From positions 1,116,001 to 1,180,000 of the forward strand of contig RSEE01000001.1 of NCBI GenBank assembly GCA_003971905.1: 64,000 nt of DNA. The letters are read 5' to 3'. The notes beneath the pieces were generated by a model, which saw only the letters and a program-made list of their open reading frames with translations, ran no database searches and was not told the DNA's origin. Made by a program: the position numbers and the translations under genes. Shown one piece after another: positions 13,501 through 25,427 of the stretch. The DNA is from Moniliella sp. 'wahieum'. Taxonomy: Eukaryota. Every line of letters starts with the position of its first letter. Position 1 is the stretch's first letter.

Positions 13501-16093
13501 TCCTCGAGTGGAGACCGTCCCTCCCATTCCTTCCCCTAGAGCAGAGACCGTTCCTTACCGTCTTTCCCCTCGAGTGGAAACTGTTCCTCCCATTGCTTCT
13601 CCTCGAGTGGAAACCGTTCTCCCATGCTTCTCCTCGAGTGGAAACTGTCCCTCCTATTCCTTCCCCTCGAGTGGAGACCGTTCTCCATTCCTTCCCCTCG
13701 AGTGGAGACCGTTCTCCCCTTCTTTCCTCTCGAGTGGAGGCCGTTCCTCTTCCTTCGCCAGGGGTAGAGACGGTTCCTCCTCTTCCCTCACCTGGAGTGG
13801 CGACTGTCCCCCCCATTCTCTCTCCAAGCTTGGAGAGGATTAGCCCTATGCCAGCGGCAGACTCAGGGGCGCGATCTATCGGGCGGGCCAATTCGTTTAT
13901 GAAACGCGCAAGGGGTGCCCTGCCGAACCTTCACTTGCCGCTGGCAGTCCTACTTTGGATCCCCTCTCGAAGGGGGATGCAATCGTCTGAAGCTCTGACG
14001 ACTTCAACTCAGCGTTCTTCCAAAACACTCTTGAATACACCCAGCCGCAGTCTCCACGCTTGGCCACGAACTCATTGCGTCGCTCTCCAATGGAGAGCCC
14101 CCCTGTGTCAGGAGGGTTGCGTGTTCTATCAAGGGTTCAACTGATCAGCTTTCCTCGTTCCTTTGTCACGGCGGAAGAGTGAGGGTCGTATGACCAAGCT
14201 CATTTCACGGATGGGAGCATTGGGCGTAAGGGGAGGCCGAGAGAGAGCCATGATGGCGGAGTGCCCAGCATGCACGTTCTGCAGACCTGCACAATCGCAT
14301 CGTTTCTCCGGGCGAAAACGCTGATTACGCGCGACCCTGGTAGCCCTACTGGAAGCAGTCTGCATGCCTCGATGAGTACTACCCCAGCCACACTTGCCCC
14401 ATCTTCGTTGGACGCGCGGGAAGAGACTACTTCCCTACGGTTCCCACAAGCCCTCTGGTGCAAGCGAATATTGAGGAAGAACCCGAGCCACCTGCCGCCC
14501 AGGATATCCCTCAACCAGTGGAAGTATCTGTTCCACTCTCCGACGAAGTAAGCGCAGCTCCCGCTGTCCCTAAAACCTGAGTCCCGTGTGGCATCGATGG
14601 TAGCCGTCTCTGAGGTGGAAAAGCCGTTGCCCCCCGTGTCTCATGCGGCAGAGCCCTTGATACTGAGTCCACGGCCGTAACCGAGGTTCATCTCAAGGAT
14701 GCCAAAGGGGATTGAGCCGAGCAGATTGAGCCGGAGCGATGGAGCCGGAGCAGAAGGAGCCGGTGCAGATGGAGCGGTGGTGCAGATTGAGTCGGAGCAG
14801 ATTGAGCGCGAAGATCCCATCCCCCTGTTGATTCCCCGGCGGAAATTGCATCAGGCGGAAAGGCCGAGGTGACATCCCCTGTACGTGTGTCGCCAAAGCA
14901 AAGAGCGGCGAAAGACGGGCAAGGAAGTGGTACGCGCACTCTTATTTTCCTTGATGAGGTGGATGAAAATAAGCGCAAGTCAATTCTCTGTGTTGTCGCG
15001 TCATTCACGTATGGGGAGGACAAGTCGAGTGGGCCCTGATATGGAGGCTGAGTTCCTCGATTTACTCAAACGCCAGCCCACTCCCGGTGGGGTCAGCACC
15101 TCGGCGGCAATGGCCAGTCTCGAGGGCCGCCCAACCCGACGGCAACTTGAGCACCAGCATTGATTTCCCAGGAGATGACTCGGTGGAGGCAGTTGGATTT
15201 GAACCGACCTCTGCCCCGCCGTCGCCTCGTCTCAACTGCAACACGCTTTACACAGTCGTCGTATGCTGGGAGTGTTTACTCGAACGACGAGGAAGTCACT
15301 TTCGAGGCGAGCGAGCACGATGTGTTCCCCCTATCCCTTTGGCCTATCGGGAAGAGGCGGTTCGTCGTTCAGCTCTGGCTGGGCTCGAGGTTACGGAACG
15401 TGCAGATGGAGCATGGTGTGGCAAGTTCTCCGTGGCCTCTCTGATCCGAGGGATAGTGTAGTGGGTCGGAAAGTCTCAGCTGCTTCTTCCCCGCCCCGGG
15501 GCGAGGGAATCCGATTTATGACCCCGAGGAGAGGGACGAGCGCCATCTGTCCTCTCCAACTGAAAGGGATGATGGCGCAACTTCTTGCATCCCACCGACC
15601 CGTCGCTGCTCCCGCAGCTCCCTCCCGATGACTTGTACAACCTCCCTCTTCCCCTGCTCGCCAGGAGAACAACTGATGCACCCACCTCGGCGGATGTCCA
15701 AGACGAGGTGCCCGACACACATGTCATCTGGACTACGGACCACGATGTTGCGGCGATGCTGGAATCTCTTTCGCGTGGAACGACTCTGCCAAGTTCGAGA
15801 TAAAGATTGACATGGGGCCAGCCAGGATCCCGCCCCTGCCCCACGCCTGCCCCGACGTGGCTCTCGACTGGGAGGAAGAGCATGCCCGTCGACTCGAGGT
15901 GGAGAAACAGATATACAATTTGTTCGCGCCCCAAGCAGGCCCTTCGCCCACCACTCTAACTTTCTTCCTCCCTCACCTCTCTGTACCCTTTGCACACCAT
16001 ACCCGTATCGTATTGTCATCTTTTGCCTGTCACGGGGTTCCCATTGATGTGCCCATTGCACCCACCACTTTCCCAAATTTTCCGTCATTGTGA
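10591..16093 (+). CDS. Large low-complexity Ser/Pro-rich hypothetical protein with internal tandem repeats (boundaries uncertain)
   Basis: Chain of overlapping + strand ORF pieces over ~5.5 kb; no recognisable domain. Confidence 0.45.
13350..13830 (+). repeat. ~33-bp coding minisatellite, about 14 degenerate copies (peptide ~ SPRVETVPPIP)
   Basis: Repeated CCTCGAGTGGAGACCGTTCCTCCCATTCCTTCC-like unit, directly abutting. Confidence 0.9.
14712..14806 (+). repeat. ~15-bp tandem repeat, about 6 copies (EPEQI/EPEQM-like)
   Basis: GAGCCGGAGCAGATT-like units. Confidence 0.75.
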
Positions 16094-16278
16094 CCATGTT
16101 TACTCCACCATAGTTGAAGCTATGTATGCGCCCAAGGGTTGCCACAGCTGATTGAAACACCCCGCATGTCGCTGAAAACGACGGCCAGCTCAGCTAGGTC
16201 GTAAGAAAGACGGGAATTGCTGTAGCGGTACGCATGTGGGAAAGTGAAAATCACCCATCCACCTCACTAGCCCACTCC

Positions 16279-18423
16279 TTAAGGCATCCTTGAACTCCTC
16301 AGTCTCGGCTCGCTCGACCACCCTCGGAATTCGCACACGCCTTCCAATCCGCACGCTCCGGCACGCCCAAGTAACGCCAAGAATGTGCGCGGGAAGGAGA
16401 TAGGAAAGCGCGTTTTTCCTACGTTCATCGCGAATGTTTCCCCCCCAACGTCGAACCGGACATAATCCGGCTGCACCGTTGGCTCCTCTCCTTCCCCGTC
16501 CTCTGTGGAGGCAGTGGCTCCTGTCGATCGGGAAGGCAGGAGGAGGAACTTGCGAGCCGCGTCGCCCTCAAGCATCTCCCATCCATGTTCGTGCGCTGCC
16601 TCGCGAAGTGCTGCACTGAGCCCCTTGGCGCGTTCCTGGCTCACGGGCACAATTTGAACTTGCATGTGGCCCGCACGGGTATGCGACGTTCTGCCCATCT
16701 CCCAGGAGAAGGGCACAGCGGCATAAGAGGCATACATCTTGGTCAATGCAGATCGGTAGCGCTCCATCTCTTCCCGCAGTGCATCCTCAACACCAGGGGA
16801 ATACAAAGAAGCCAGATGGGCAATGGGGAGAATCAGAACATGTCCCCCTCCCGGGATCCCGGCGTCCGCTCCGCCCACCTCAGTCGCATCAGCTCGAGGC
16901 AGTTGGCCCTTGGGCAAGGCGAGATAGACCTCCTCCCCAATATGGGCTACGAGATGGCTTGAGCTTGCGGGTTTGACAAACAGAACCAGCAGTCCTGTGG
17001 CGCAACTGCCCGCAGCACCCTCGGCGCTCGCGCCGCGCTCGGAGCGCTGCGGACACTGCCGAATGTAGTGACCTGGGAGGCCACATGCCTTGCACACATA
17101 TCCCTCCGGTGGCGTGTCTTTGTCCTCCGTCAGAGTAGAGGGACAGTCGCGGATCAAATGTTCACCCGATCCACAATCCGGCAGACATATCCTGCCCCTA
17201 CCTTGTGCCGAGTGGGACAGTCCTTGATAAATGTCCTCCCTGCCCACAGACGTGGCAGGTATAACTGGCATCCGGCTCGCGGTTAGCCCGCTTGGAAAAG
17301 CGAAAGTTGTTGTTGTTGTCCTCTTCTCGTGCGCGCTTTGTCCCACCCAAAAGGGGGAGCGGGTGGTGTTTGCTCCCGGTGTCACTTCGGGGTGCGTCTT
17401 GCCCGGCACCAGAGCAATGGCCATGAACCATTTCTTTTTGTCTTCGTTGGCGAAAGAGGCCAGGGAGATGAACCGGGTCGGGTACGTGCTTCGTTCGATG
17501 AGTTAAAGTTCTCATATGGTTCACGTTCCCACCACACTCCTGCCCCTTCTCCGCTCCCCTCCAACGCAAAGAAGTATCGGGGTTTTCCCATCCTAGCAAG
17601 CTCGGCCAGGGTGGCGCACCTCTCACGTTGGGTACAGGAGAATGCGAAAGGTTGGTGACACCAGTTGGCCAAGCATTGGCCAAGAGCAAATCCAACGGGG
17701 GGCGGTGGCTCTCGGCCGCAGCCGCTTGGGACACTGCTCGGCAATTTGTAGGGTGTGGGCGGCTTGTCGCCGCGCCTCGGCGAGGGTTTTGGGTGCTTCA
17801 TTTCCCGCCTGCGGAGGCGGGGCGATAGAGACAAGGACGGATCGGAAAGCAGAGTCTGCACACTTTGGTGTGTAATGTAGGGGCTCCATCCTTCCTCTTC
17901 TGCAGGGGCAGGGAATCAAACGAAGCCCGCCACGCGCCGGCGTCCCATTTCCCTCCGCAAAATGCCACCCGTAATCCTGCCACCTCCGCTACACCAGACT
18001 TTCCAAGGAAAGTTAGGTTGGTGGTCAACTGCGCGGGTATCGGCTTGCCATCGAGTGCGGAGCGCACAGTGTCGGCAGAGGACGGCCCGGGAGGTAAAAT
18101 ACGTGGGTAAAGGTACTAGAGTTCAAAGAAGGTCAGCATGGCGTCTAGGTTCATCATACGAAATGGAAAGAAAGGGACGCACTGGTGATCTTCCCGAGAG
18201 TAATCTTCCTCTTGCTGCTGAAGGTCGTCGGACGGGGCAACAGCAAAAATGTCGCCCAAGAGGAAGAGGGCGCCAAATTGGCCATACTTTTTCTGGATCG
18301 CAGCAACCTTACTGAGCAGCTGCGTGAACTGCCCACGCGGGTTGGCGATGCCAGCCTTCGGGTGTCAGCTCCAATCGAAGAGATGGTGGACAGAGAAACG
18401 TACGTGCGCACTGGTTCGCTCAT
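16279..18423 (-). CDS. CWF19L1: CWF19-like protein 1 (Drn1/CwfJ family) with CCHC zinc knuckles; introns and frameshifts
   Basis: N-terminal metallophosphoesterase-like part (NLTFLGKSG, DLLLANAWP, PRYFFA..WEREPYEN); knuckles such as CKACGLPGHYIRQCP; CwfJ part (HLVAHIGEEVYLALPKG, GGGHVLILPIAH, HMQVQIVPV). Confidence 0.88.
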
Positions 18424-18652
18424 CGTAGATGTCGATGGTGGTGGTACTGCAAACCCAACAGCCAAAAGCTGGCCTGGCGATAGGGTTTTTTCTTCTAACT
18501 GGGGCGAAACTTTCAATATTAAGACCACGCGTACGCGATGTCGCCAGCTGCTACCAGTTCTTAGTACTCGCGCCGCTATATACAGCAACGCCAAGAGCCA
18601 ATGGGGGCCAATCGGGCCTGTCTCCTTCCCGCCTTGGCCTAGGCTACTTAAC

Positions 18653-19602
18653 TCAAACGCAGTCTCGGTTCATATTATTCCCCCCTCCCGGATCAAAGCT
18701 TCCATCTCTCGCTGCGCCGCCAGGAGGGGGCGGCTGGTGCACAGGCTGTTGCACAGGCTTGGGCGCTTGCTCGGACAGAGGAACGGGATAGACCAGCCGG
18801 AACGCATCTTTGCCTAGCAGCGTGTTAGCCGGCCTGTCCACAAAGAGGAGTCCCTTTACATGAAAAGAACAGAAAAAAAGGGAGGACGTACCGTTGAGGT
18901 AAAAGCGATGAAGTCGCTTGTCGCGCAGGAAGTTGAGCGAGTCGTACAGGCTAAGGGCAGCGACGTTGTCCACTTCGGTCTCGAGCACCACCTTGCAAAG
19001 TGTGTCAGTTGTCTCGGCGCCTCTTGTAAAACGGGAATTGCGGTTGTAGAAAATGACGAAGATAACAAACACGTACCTCTTCAGCACCTTTAGCGATCAT
19101 GGTGGCAACATTGTGCTCGACAATGTGCGCGCGATCCCCCTCCCGCGCCAGGACGTGTGGACACTCAACATGGCCACGTAGCCCCGCATCTTTCTCTGCC
19201 CCTTCGTGTGAGGGTTCCAGTTTGCTTACCACAACTGCAATGGCCCCACCCACTCGTTGCCCCGCACGACAGGCATACACCAGCTCACACAGCTCAGGCC
19301 TGCATTGCATCTGTTAGTTCACCTTGCGTAACCAGTTGGGGCCGAAAGAGGACATACCATTGTTGGAGAAAGTAGCGGTAGTTGTAGATCAAGTACGGCT
19401 CGCTGTGTGGGGTTAGCGCGCGTGCTGTGATCATCACGGGGGAGACGAACCTAAGTTCCTTTTCGATTAGATGGACCATCTCGGGCAGCTGGGCTTCGCT
19501 CGTATACGGCGCAAACTCAAGCTCCAAGTCTCCCGGAAGGCCTGGCAGAGGGGGAGAGGATGGCCGCGGGTAACCGCCATACATGAACGATGCACTGGAC
19601 AT
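18653..19602 (-). CDS. MAK3: N-alpha-acetyltransferase 30 (NatC catalytic subunit), intron-containing
   Basis: [67 protein letters not shown]; GT-AG introns visible. Confidence 0.92.
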
Positions 19603-20709
19603 GGTGGATGGATGGCGGGAGGTTGTTGGGGGGCGGTGGCAATTTGGCGGTTGTGGATGCTTGCCGCACTGCAAGGGAAGAACGTTTTTAATATTTCGGT
19701 CCAAGCGCCGTTGCGTGTTGGTCGACGGCGAAGTCGAATTGTTGTTGCTGCCAACCAAAGACGCACCTGTGGTTATACCGCAGGTTACGAACAGAGCCGG
19801 CGCCAACCCATCACCGCTTGGCCTAGGTACCCAGCGCGCAGCCACCTGCCCATCAGCTAGCGCCATCCTCATGCCCCATTCAACTGCTCCAGAGGATGCG
19901 CCGCTACCTTGGCCGTTCCCCTTTGCCCTCCGGCAAGAATGGAAAGCGCAAGATGGGTGTGTGCGGGGCCTTGACAAATGCGGCTAGTAAGGAACGGTGC
20001 TGGGCCACGTTATCATCTGACAAGTTGGATAGGGACAGGATGACCTCAGGTAGGTCCTTTTCTTATGGAAGCCTGGTAGAGTGGGTATCCCGGGGAGTCT
20101 TCCACTTCTGATTACCTCGTCCATGTGCTAGACCCGTCTTTGGGTGACCCAGCATCGCACTTCAATAACATGATGTTGCAGGAAATAAAGCGGATATAGA
20201 TTCGCCCAGGATCCGAGCGAAAGCTGAAAAACACTCCCTTCGATTGTGGAAAATGCCTGTCTGCCTTCGGGGCGCGATTGACCTCGGGGCGCAAGGCCTG
20301 ACAGTGCACTGGGTGGGTAAGCCCGTGACATAACCAGCTTGTTTGGGATAAAGCAGGGAGAAAGAACGAGGGAGGAAGCAGTGACTGTGGTTCACCCATG
20401 GGCGCCAAGTACAGACACAGGCCTGTCGAGCAAGCTTGGGACTGCTGCTGGCTACACTGGGCGACTTCTATTTCATCATTCTGTGTTTCGGCCTGTGGCG
20501 ACTTTGATTCGCGCATGTGTACGGTTGGGAACAGCAGCAGCACGATGATGCAGATGATGTTCGTCTTATTAGGAAGGCAGGAGCTTGTGGTGAGTAATGC
20601 CCAGGAGGCATCATGAGAGGGTGAATCAATGGCGCCCAATCTGGGACACTCATTGCCGAAAGGAAGCGGAGACTGCTAGCCGCATGATGACTCCGGAGTA
20701 GAAACGAAG

Positions 20710-21911
20710 TCAGCGCGCGGGGCCGGGCGGCACAGTGCACGAACACCTTCCCCGACCACCCTCAGAGTCCCGACAGGAATACGCGCAGGTCTCGTCATCT
20801 TTATCTTGGGGTTGGCCGGACCAGGAACGCGAAGCCCCGAGCGCGTTAAGCCCGTACTCGACGCGGCCCCGATGAACCACGTCTGGATCCAATTGGTCCA
20901 CCCGTCCGCCCAGAAGATAATCGAATTCCTCCGCTTCCTCGTTCTCCTGCATCACCGAAGGTGAAGAGAAAATGGCCCATACACGGGCCCATAGGGATTG
21001 GCGTCCCTCCCTCTGAATCTCGTCAATCCCACTCAGCTTGGCCAGGCCAGCTGCTCCAGTGGAGCGACCAAGCTTCAGTGCGGCTCGATGGAAAGTCCAG
21101 GCGCTCTCGAATCCCATTTTCGCGCGGGAGAGAAGCTGTGCACGACGCTTTTCGTCCACCTCCTTAAGGAGAGGGGAGAGGTCCGCTCGCGTAAAGAGTA
21201 CCAGTACTGCGGGTGGTATCGACTTGATCGCCGTTTCATCGCGCAGCCGTTGGGTCGCCAGTGCCGTCAAGTCGCATGCAGAAAACTGTCTTCAGGTCAG
21301 ATCCGTAATTGGGAGGGGGAGGGACGCGCGGACATACTCTACAGTATCAGCCAAGGGAGACCCAGAAGCTGGAGCAGTGGTGGCGTTGGCTCCCCGAGCG
21401 GCCGTAGTGGCGTCGATGCAGAAGATGAGTGCATCCGCTTGAGAGAGGGAATCGAATGCGCGTCGGCGCAGACGTGGATGACCAGGGGTATCAATCAATC
21501 TCACTGCTGTGGAGCGTGGGGCTTTTTCAAGCAGTGCATCGGGGGCTCCCAGCACTGTCCACCCGGTTGTATCGACCTGGGAAGTGTGGGTATTGGACAC
21601 ACACCCGTATACCAACGAGGAAAACAGCGCAGTCTTCCCCGTGTCAGGGGGTCCGAGGAGAAGCGCAGTACGCGGGCCAGGCTTGCGGGTTGGTTCGGCC
21701 GGGGCTGGGGGTGTGCGGAGAGGGATGAAGCTCACGGCCAGCACAAAGAGCAAGGCGAGGAGGCCAATGGCGAGCACATCGACAATCGTAGAAGCAGGAG
21801 TGGTGGACAGGAAAGGAAGAAGCTCCTGTGGGCAGAGACCACGCGCACGGCCTCCTCCCGGGGGCCTTGGAGGACAGCAGGCCAAGTCAGGGCCAAAGTA
21901 GGCTTGGACAT
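20710..21911 (-). CDS. SRP102: Signal recognition particle receptor beta subunit (GTPase), frameshifted
   Basis: N-terminal TM segment, LLLGPPDTGKTALF P-loop, RLIDTPGHPRLR, LIFCIDA, VLVLFTRADL. Confidence 0.85.
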
Positions 21912-22578
21912 GGTCCCAAGAAGATGGTGTCGATGGATCCGATCCTCCCAGGTCCAGGGTGCCTGGATGTGACGTTCAAATGTTCAGCAGTGCTGCCGCC
22001 TGGCAGCACACAGTCGCGCCATGCTCATCCACCGAAACTGAAACTGGTTAGACGTCGCTTTCAGGATCTTGCTCTCTCCCTCCCTCTATCGCCCAAGGCC
22101 AGGTGTAGCGACGTCCTGGTCCACTCGGCTATAGAGACGCAATGGTTGCTGAAGAGTTTTGGGCAGTAGCTTAGGCGATCGATTGAGAGATAGGCATTGG
22201 TAGTAGGAAGAAGGGCAAGGGCTACAGGAGAAGGCTACTAGTCGTTGGCTTACGCTGCTACGTTTGCATCAGCAGTCCTCGGAGAGCGGATGGAGCCTCG
22301 GGGCTAATGAGGCCAGAAGTGCACCGCCATCGGAGAAACCGCAGTCACCGACGCAACACAAGTCAAAGGTCAAACGAGCCAGTTATTAGTCTCTCTAGCC
22401 GAGGTGCTAGGACGATTGGAAACAGTGAGATGGGGTGTGTATATATCAGAACAAGATTGTGAGTTGAAGGATGAAAAGGATGTCAGCGCGAAGAGGAAGC
22501 GAGGTATGTACAGATTCATCGCAAAGCGGACAGAGAAGTAGTGGGGCGAATGGGGTGAAAAAAAAGGTGGGATCCCAT

Positions 22579-23803
22579 TCAATCAATAGACCCACTTGGG
22601 GTAGCCGGCGGTCGCTTCCAAAATTTCCAAGGACGGTTACCTCGGTACATATTAGAAGGGGGCGAGCGTTGCCTGGTCAGTGGATTAACACTCCTGTTAA
22701 CAAAGGCCGAGAAACGTGATGAAGAGCCATGCTGTTGAGCGCGGGAACTTGTAACTGGGCCCTTAAAGGGGTCTTCTGCTGCAGGGGCATCCAATGCGAT
22801 CGTAAATGAGTCTGCGGATGAGTTCTTAGGCAATTATCCTCAGATTCCCAAGCAGCGGACGCATCCCCGTCCTTAACTGTGGGATGCTTCACGTCTTCGT
22901 CCAACAGTCCCAGTCCTCTTCTCTCTTCTTCTCATTTTTCTGTCCCGCTTCTTCCTCTTGTTCCTCCTCTTCTCTGGCAGGGCTGCGAGGCACGAGGGTA
23001 TGCTCCGGAAGAGGAGTGGAGGAAACTGGTGCTGGTTGTTCTTGCGAATTCTCTTCCACACCTCCATTCTGGGAAAAGAAACGGAACAGGCGCCAGACAT
23101 ATGCCAGGAGCAATCTCCAAACAAATAGCATAACCTCGGCAAACATGATGCCCGCCTCCTTAGCGTTGCGGGGGGAATTCCAACGTTCCTCTTCGTTCGA
23201 TGAGAAAGGTGTGTACGGGGGCGGAGATTCCTCCTCCTCAATGCCCGGCCAGTAGACGCGAAGTCGGGTGGAATGCACTTTGCTCTTTTTCGGTGGCTTA
23301 TGGAACAACTGACTGAGGGGCAAGGACGGGTCACGTAGACTCGGTGTGTTGAGCGCGATGCTGACCACGTTGAATTTGTGACGATGCGACTCTTCGGCGG
23401 CTCAACGTCATAGGCAAGATGTATGACTGATGGGGAGCAATGGGGCAGGGAGGGGGGGATTATATTAGGGTCTGCTTGGGCAGCAATGACGGAAGTGGGT
23501 GGGGGGCCAACATACCGATTATCCCAAGTGTGTCCCCCGGCGCAATTCGGGCTAAGTTGGGTTTGACAGCGTACCGGTCGGGCTTGGTGACCATCATCTT
23601 GATTGCGACGGGGTGAGGGTGAGGGTTGAATAGCTTCACCACTTGCGTGAGCTCCCGGGTCAATGGGCCTATGTTGAATCGCAGGGGTTATAGTGGGTGC
23701 GAGACCACAACAGGGCTGATGAAAGAGAAGGGGGAGAGGGAAGGAGAGACGTACGAGGGAAAAACAAGGCATGGTGGCTTGGCTTCACTACCTCAATCGA
23801 CAT
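22579..23803 (-). CDS. MSP-domain (VAP/Scs2-like) protein, divergent; two 5' introns
   Basis: PLTRELTQVVKLFNPHPHPVAIKMMVTKPDRYAVKPNLARIAPG matches the MSP-domain pattern; internal hydrophobic segment; 3' end uncertain. Confidence 0.65.
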
Positions 23804-23941
23804 GGTGGTGGTGGTTGGTAGTCGGGAACGCGTGGGGTTGCTGGGTTCAAGAATGGCTAAAATGAGCGCAACTCCAGCCGCTGCGGCCAGCGCCGCAGCC
23901 ACGCGGAACTCCGGGACGTCTCCATACTTAGCGCTTTTAAT

Positions 23942-24020
23942 GACAGTCTGAGGATGCTAGAACGTTATATTCTAGCCATACTAGGCTCTGCCTGCACAGG
24001 TTCGAATCCTGTCATTGTCC
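23942..24020 (+). pseudogene. tRNA-Ser(AGA)-like relic lacking the D-arm, with intron
   Basis: GACAGT...CT-AGA-A-[CGTTATATTCTAG]-C...AGGCTCTGCCT (variable arm)-ACAGGTTCGAATCCTGT (T-arm)-CATTGTC then TTTCTTTTT; no D-arm/A box. Confidence 0.7.
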
Positions 24021-25427
24021 TTTCTTTTTGAGCATTTCCCATCGTAACCCACCCTTCTAAATTCCTTCGTCGGCTGGTATACGCCTAGACGATACGATCG
24101 CCTAATTGAGATCAAATCCAATGCCTCTTTTCCTCCTCGCATGTTACGGGCGCTCCGGTTATTTCCGGACGCTGAGCCCGCATGTCGTAGACATCTCAGC
24201 CCAACATGCGTCAGTCCGGTTAGACTAGCGAGAGAGCCAGTCGACACCTTATCCTTGCTGCGGATATCCTCCGCGGCCCGCCATGGCCGCATGGTTTTAT
24301 CGGTACGATGCTTTGTGCCTATTGCGTCCAGTCTTGTCAGAACCCTTCCTGTTGCACCCGACTGCGCAGCGTCAGCGCCTTGGGAAGCAAGGGCCGTGCA
24401 TTAGTCTTTACCTTTCTGGGAAGTGCCCCGCATTCTGTCTATACCTGTCATGAGGCACTTGTGGCCTGGTTCCTTCTGCTGTATATAAGCAGCCATGTAT
24501 AAGGCTTGCTAGCTGTGGTCCTTGTCGACCATCCTGTCTATTACCGTTGTGGTCTCCCCGACTACCAGTTCCTCTCTCGCCCTTTCACCTTCTACCACCC
24601 TTACACTTACGAATTTACGACTTACGTCGAGTGCACTGCAAGCCGCGGTTACTCTCATCAGTAGCGCTTACTCTTCTTTAGGACTCTGTCTGTTCCCGCC
24701 AGCTACATCGTACCAAGTGTGGTAACGCTGCGAGGAACAGAGTAATTTCGGAGCTCCTGGACCCCTTCAGCTGGTCTAACGACCTACGTACGCGGCTCCT
24801 ACCTCGGAGAGGGTCTGGACTGCGGCCTTTGCACGCAGGCAGCCACCCAAACTAGAGGGTCTCTCTCTCGCCTCTACACCCGCTCGGTTCAACCAGGATC
24901 TGGAGCAGGAACCTAACGTACGAGCCACCGAGTGATCTGTTCAAGGGAGTTTATACCCCTAAACTACAGGGGGGGTCCCACCTCGGGACCCACCCCCATG
25001 TCATCGCATGTCAGTACAACCACAGATATTGGCGAGCGTCCGATTCCCAGAAGAGTAATCAGGCTGGTCAGGGTCCCTCAGTTAAAGCGCCAACATCTCG
25101 ACAAGCGGCCAGCATGCCAGCCAAAAATGGTGATTGGGTTGACTGGGAATTGTGGTTGTTGACGAGAGCATCTGTGAGCGACAAGCACATATCCATCCAT
25201 TTGCTGCTCTTGGCCTACCATCCTTCCCTTCCTGTCCACGCTATAGGACGCCCTCCGACACACCATCCTGATAACAACCGAGGATGGGTAAATGGTGCAG
25301 AGTAAAATAAGTGTGCAGAGGCGTTGGCAACAGCCAAAATTTTCGTGAGCGGGGGTCGTAGATGATTTCCCCAAGGTGGGAGATGATGAGGGGCAAGAAG
25401 CAAGAGAATACAAATGTGGCTGCATCC

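Noticed and set aside
13350..13830. 33-bp repeats as a CRISPR array
   Set aside because: Units abut without unique spacers, keep a codon-multiple length, lie in eukaryotic coding context, and no cas genes are present
20680..20720. Hammerhead-like ATGATGA-CTCCGGAG-TAGAAAC-GAAGTC
   Set aside because: Core lacks CUGA, stems I and III are too short, and it overlaps the SRP receptor gene end
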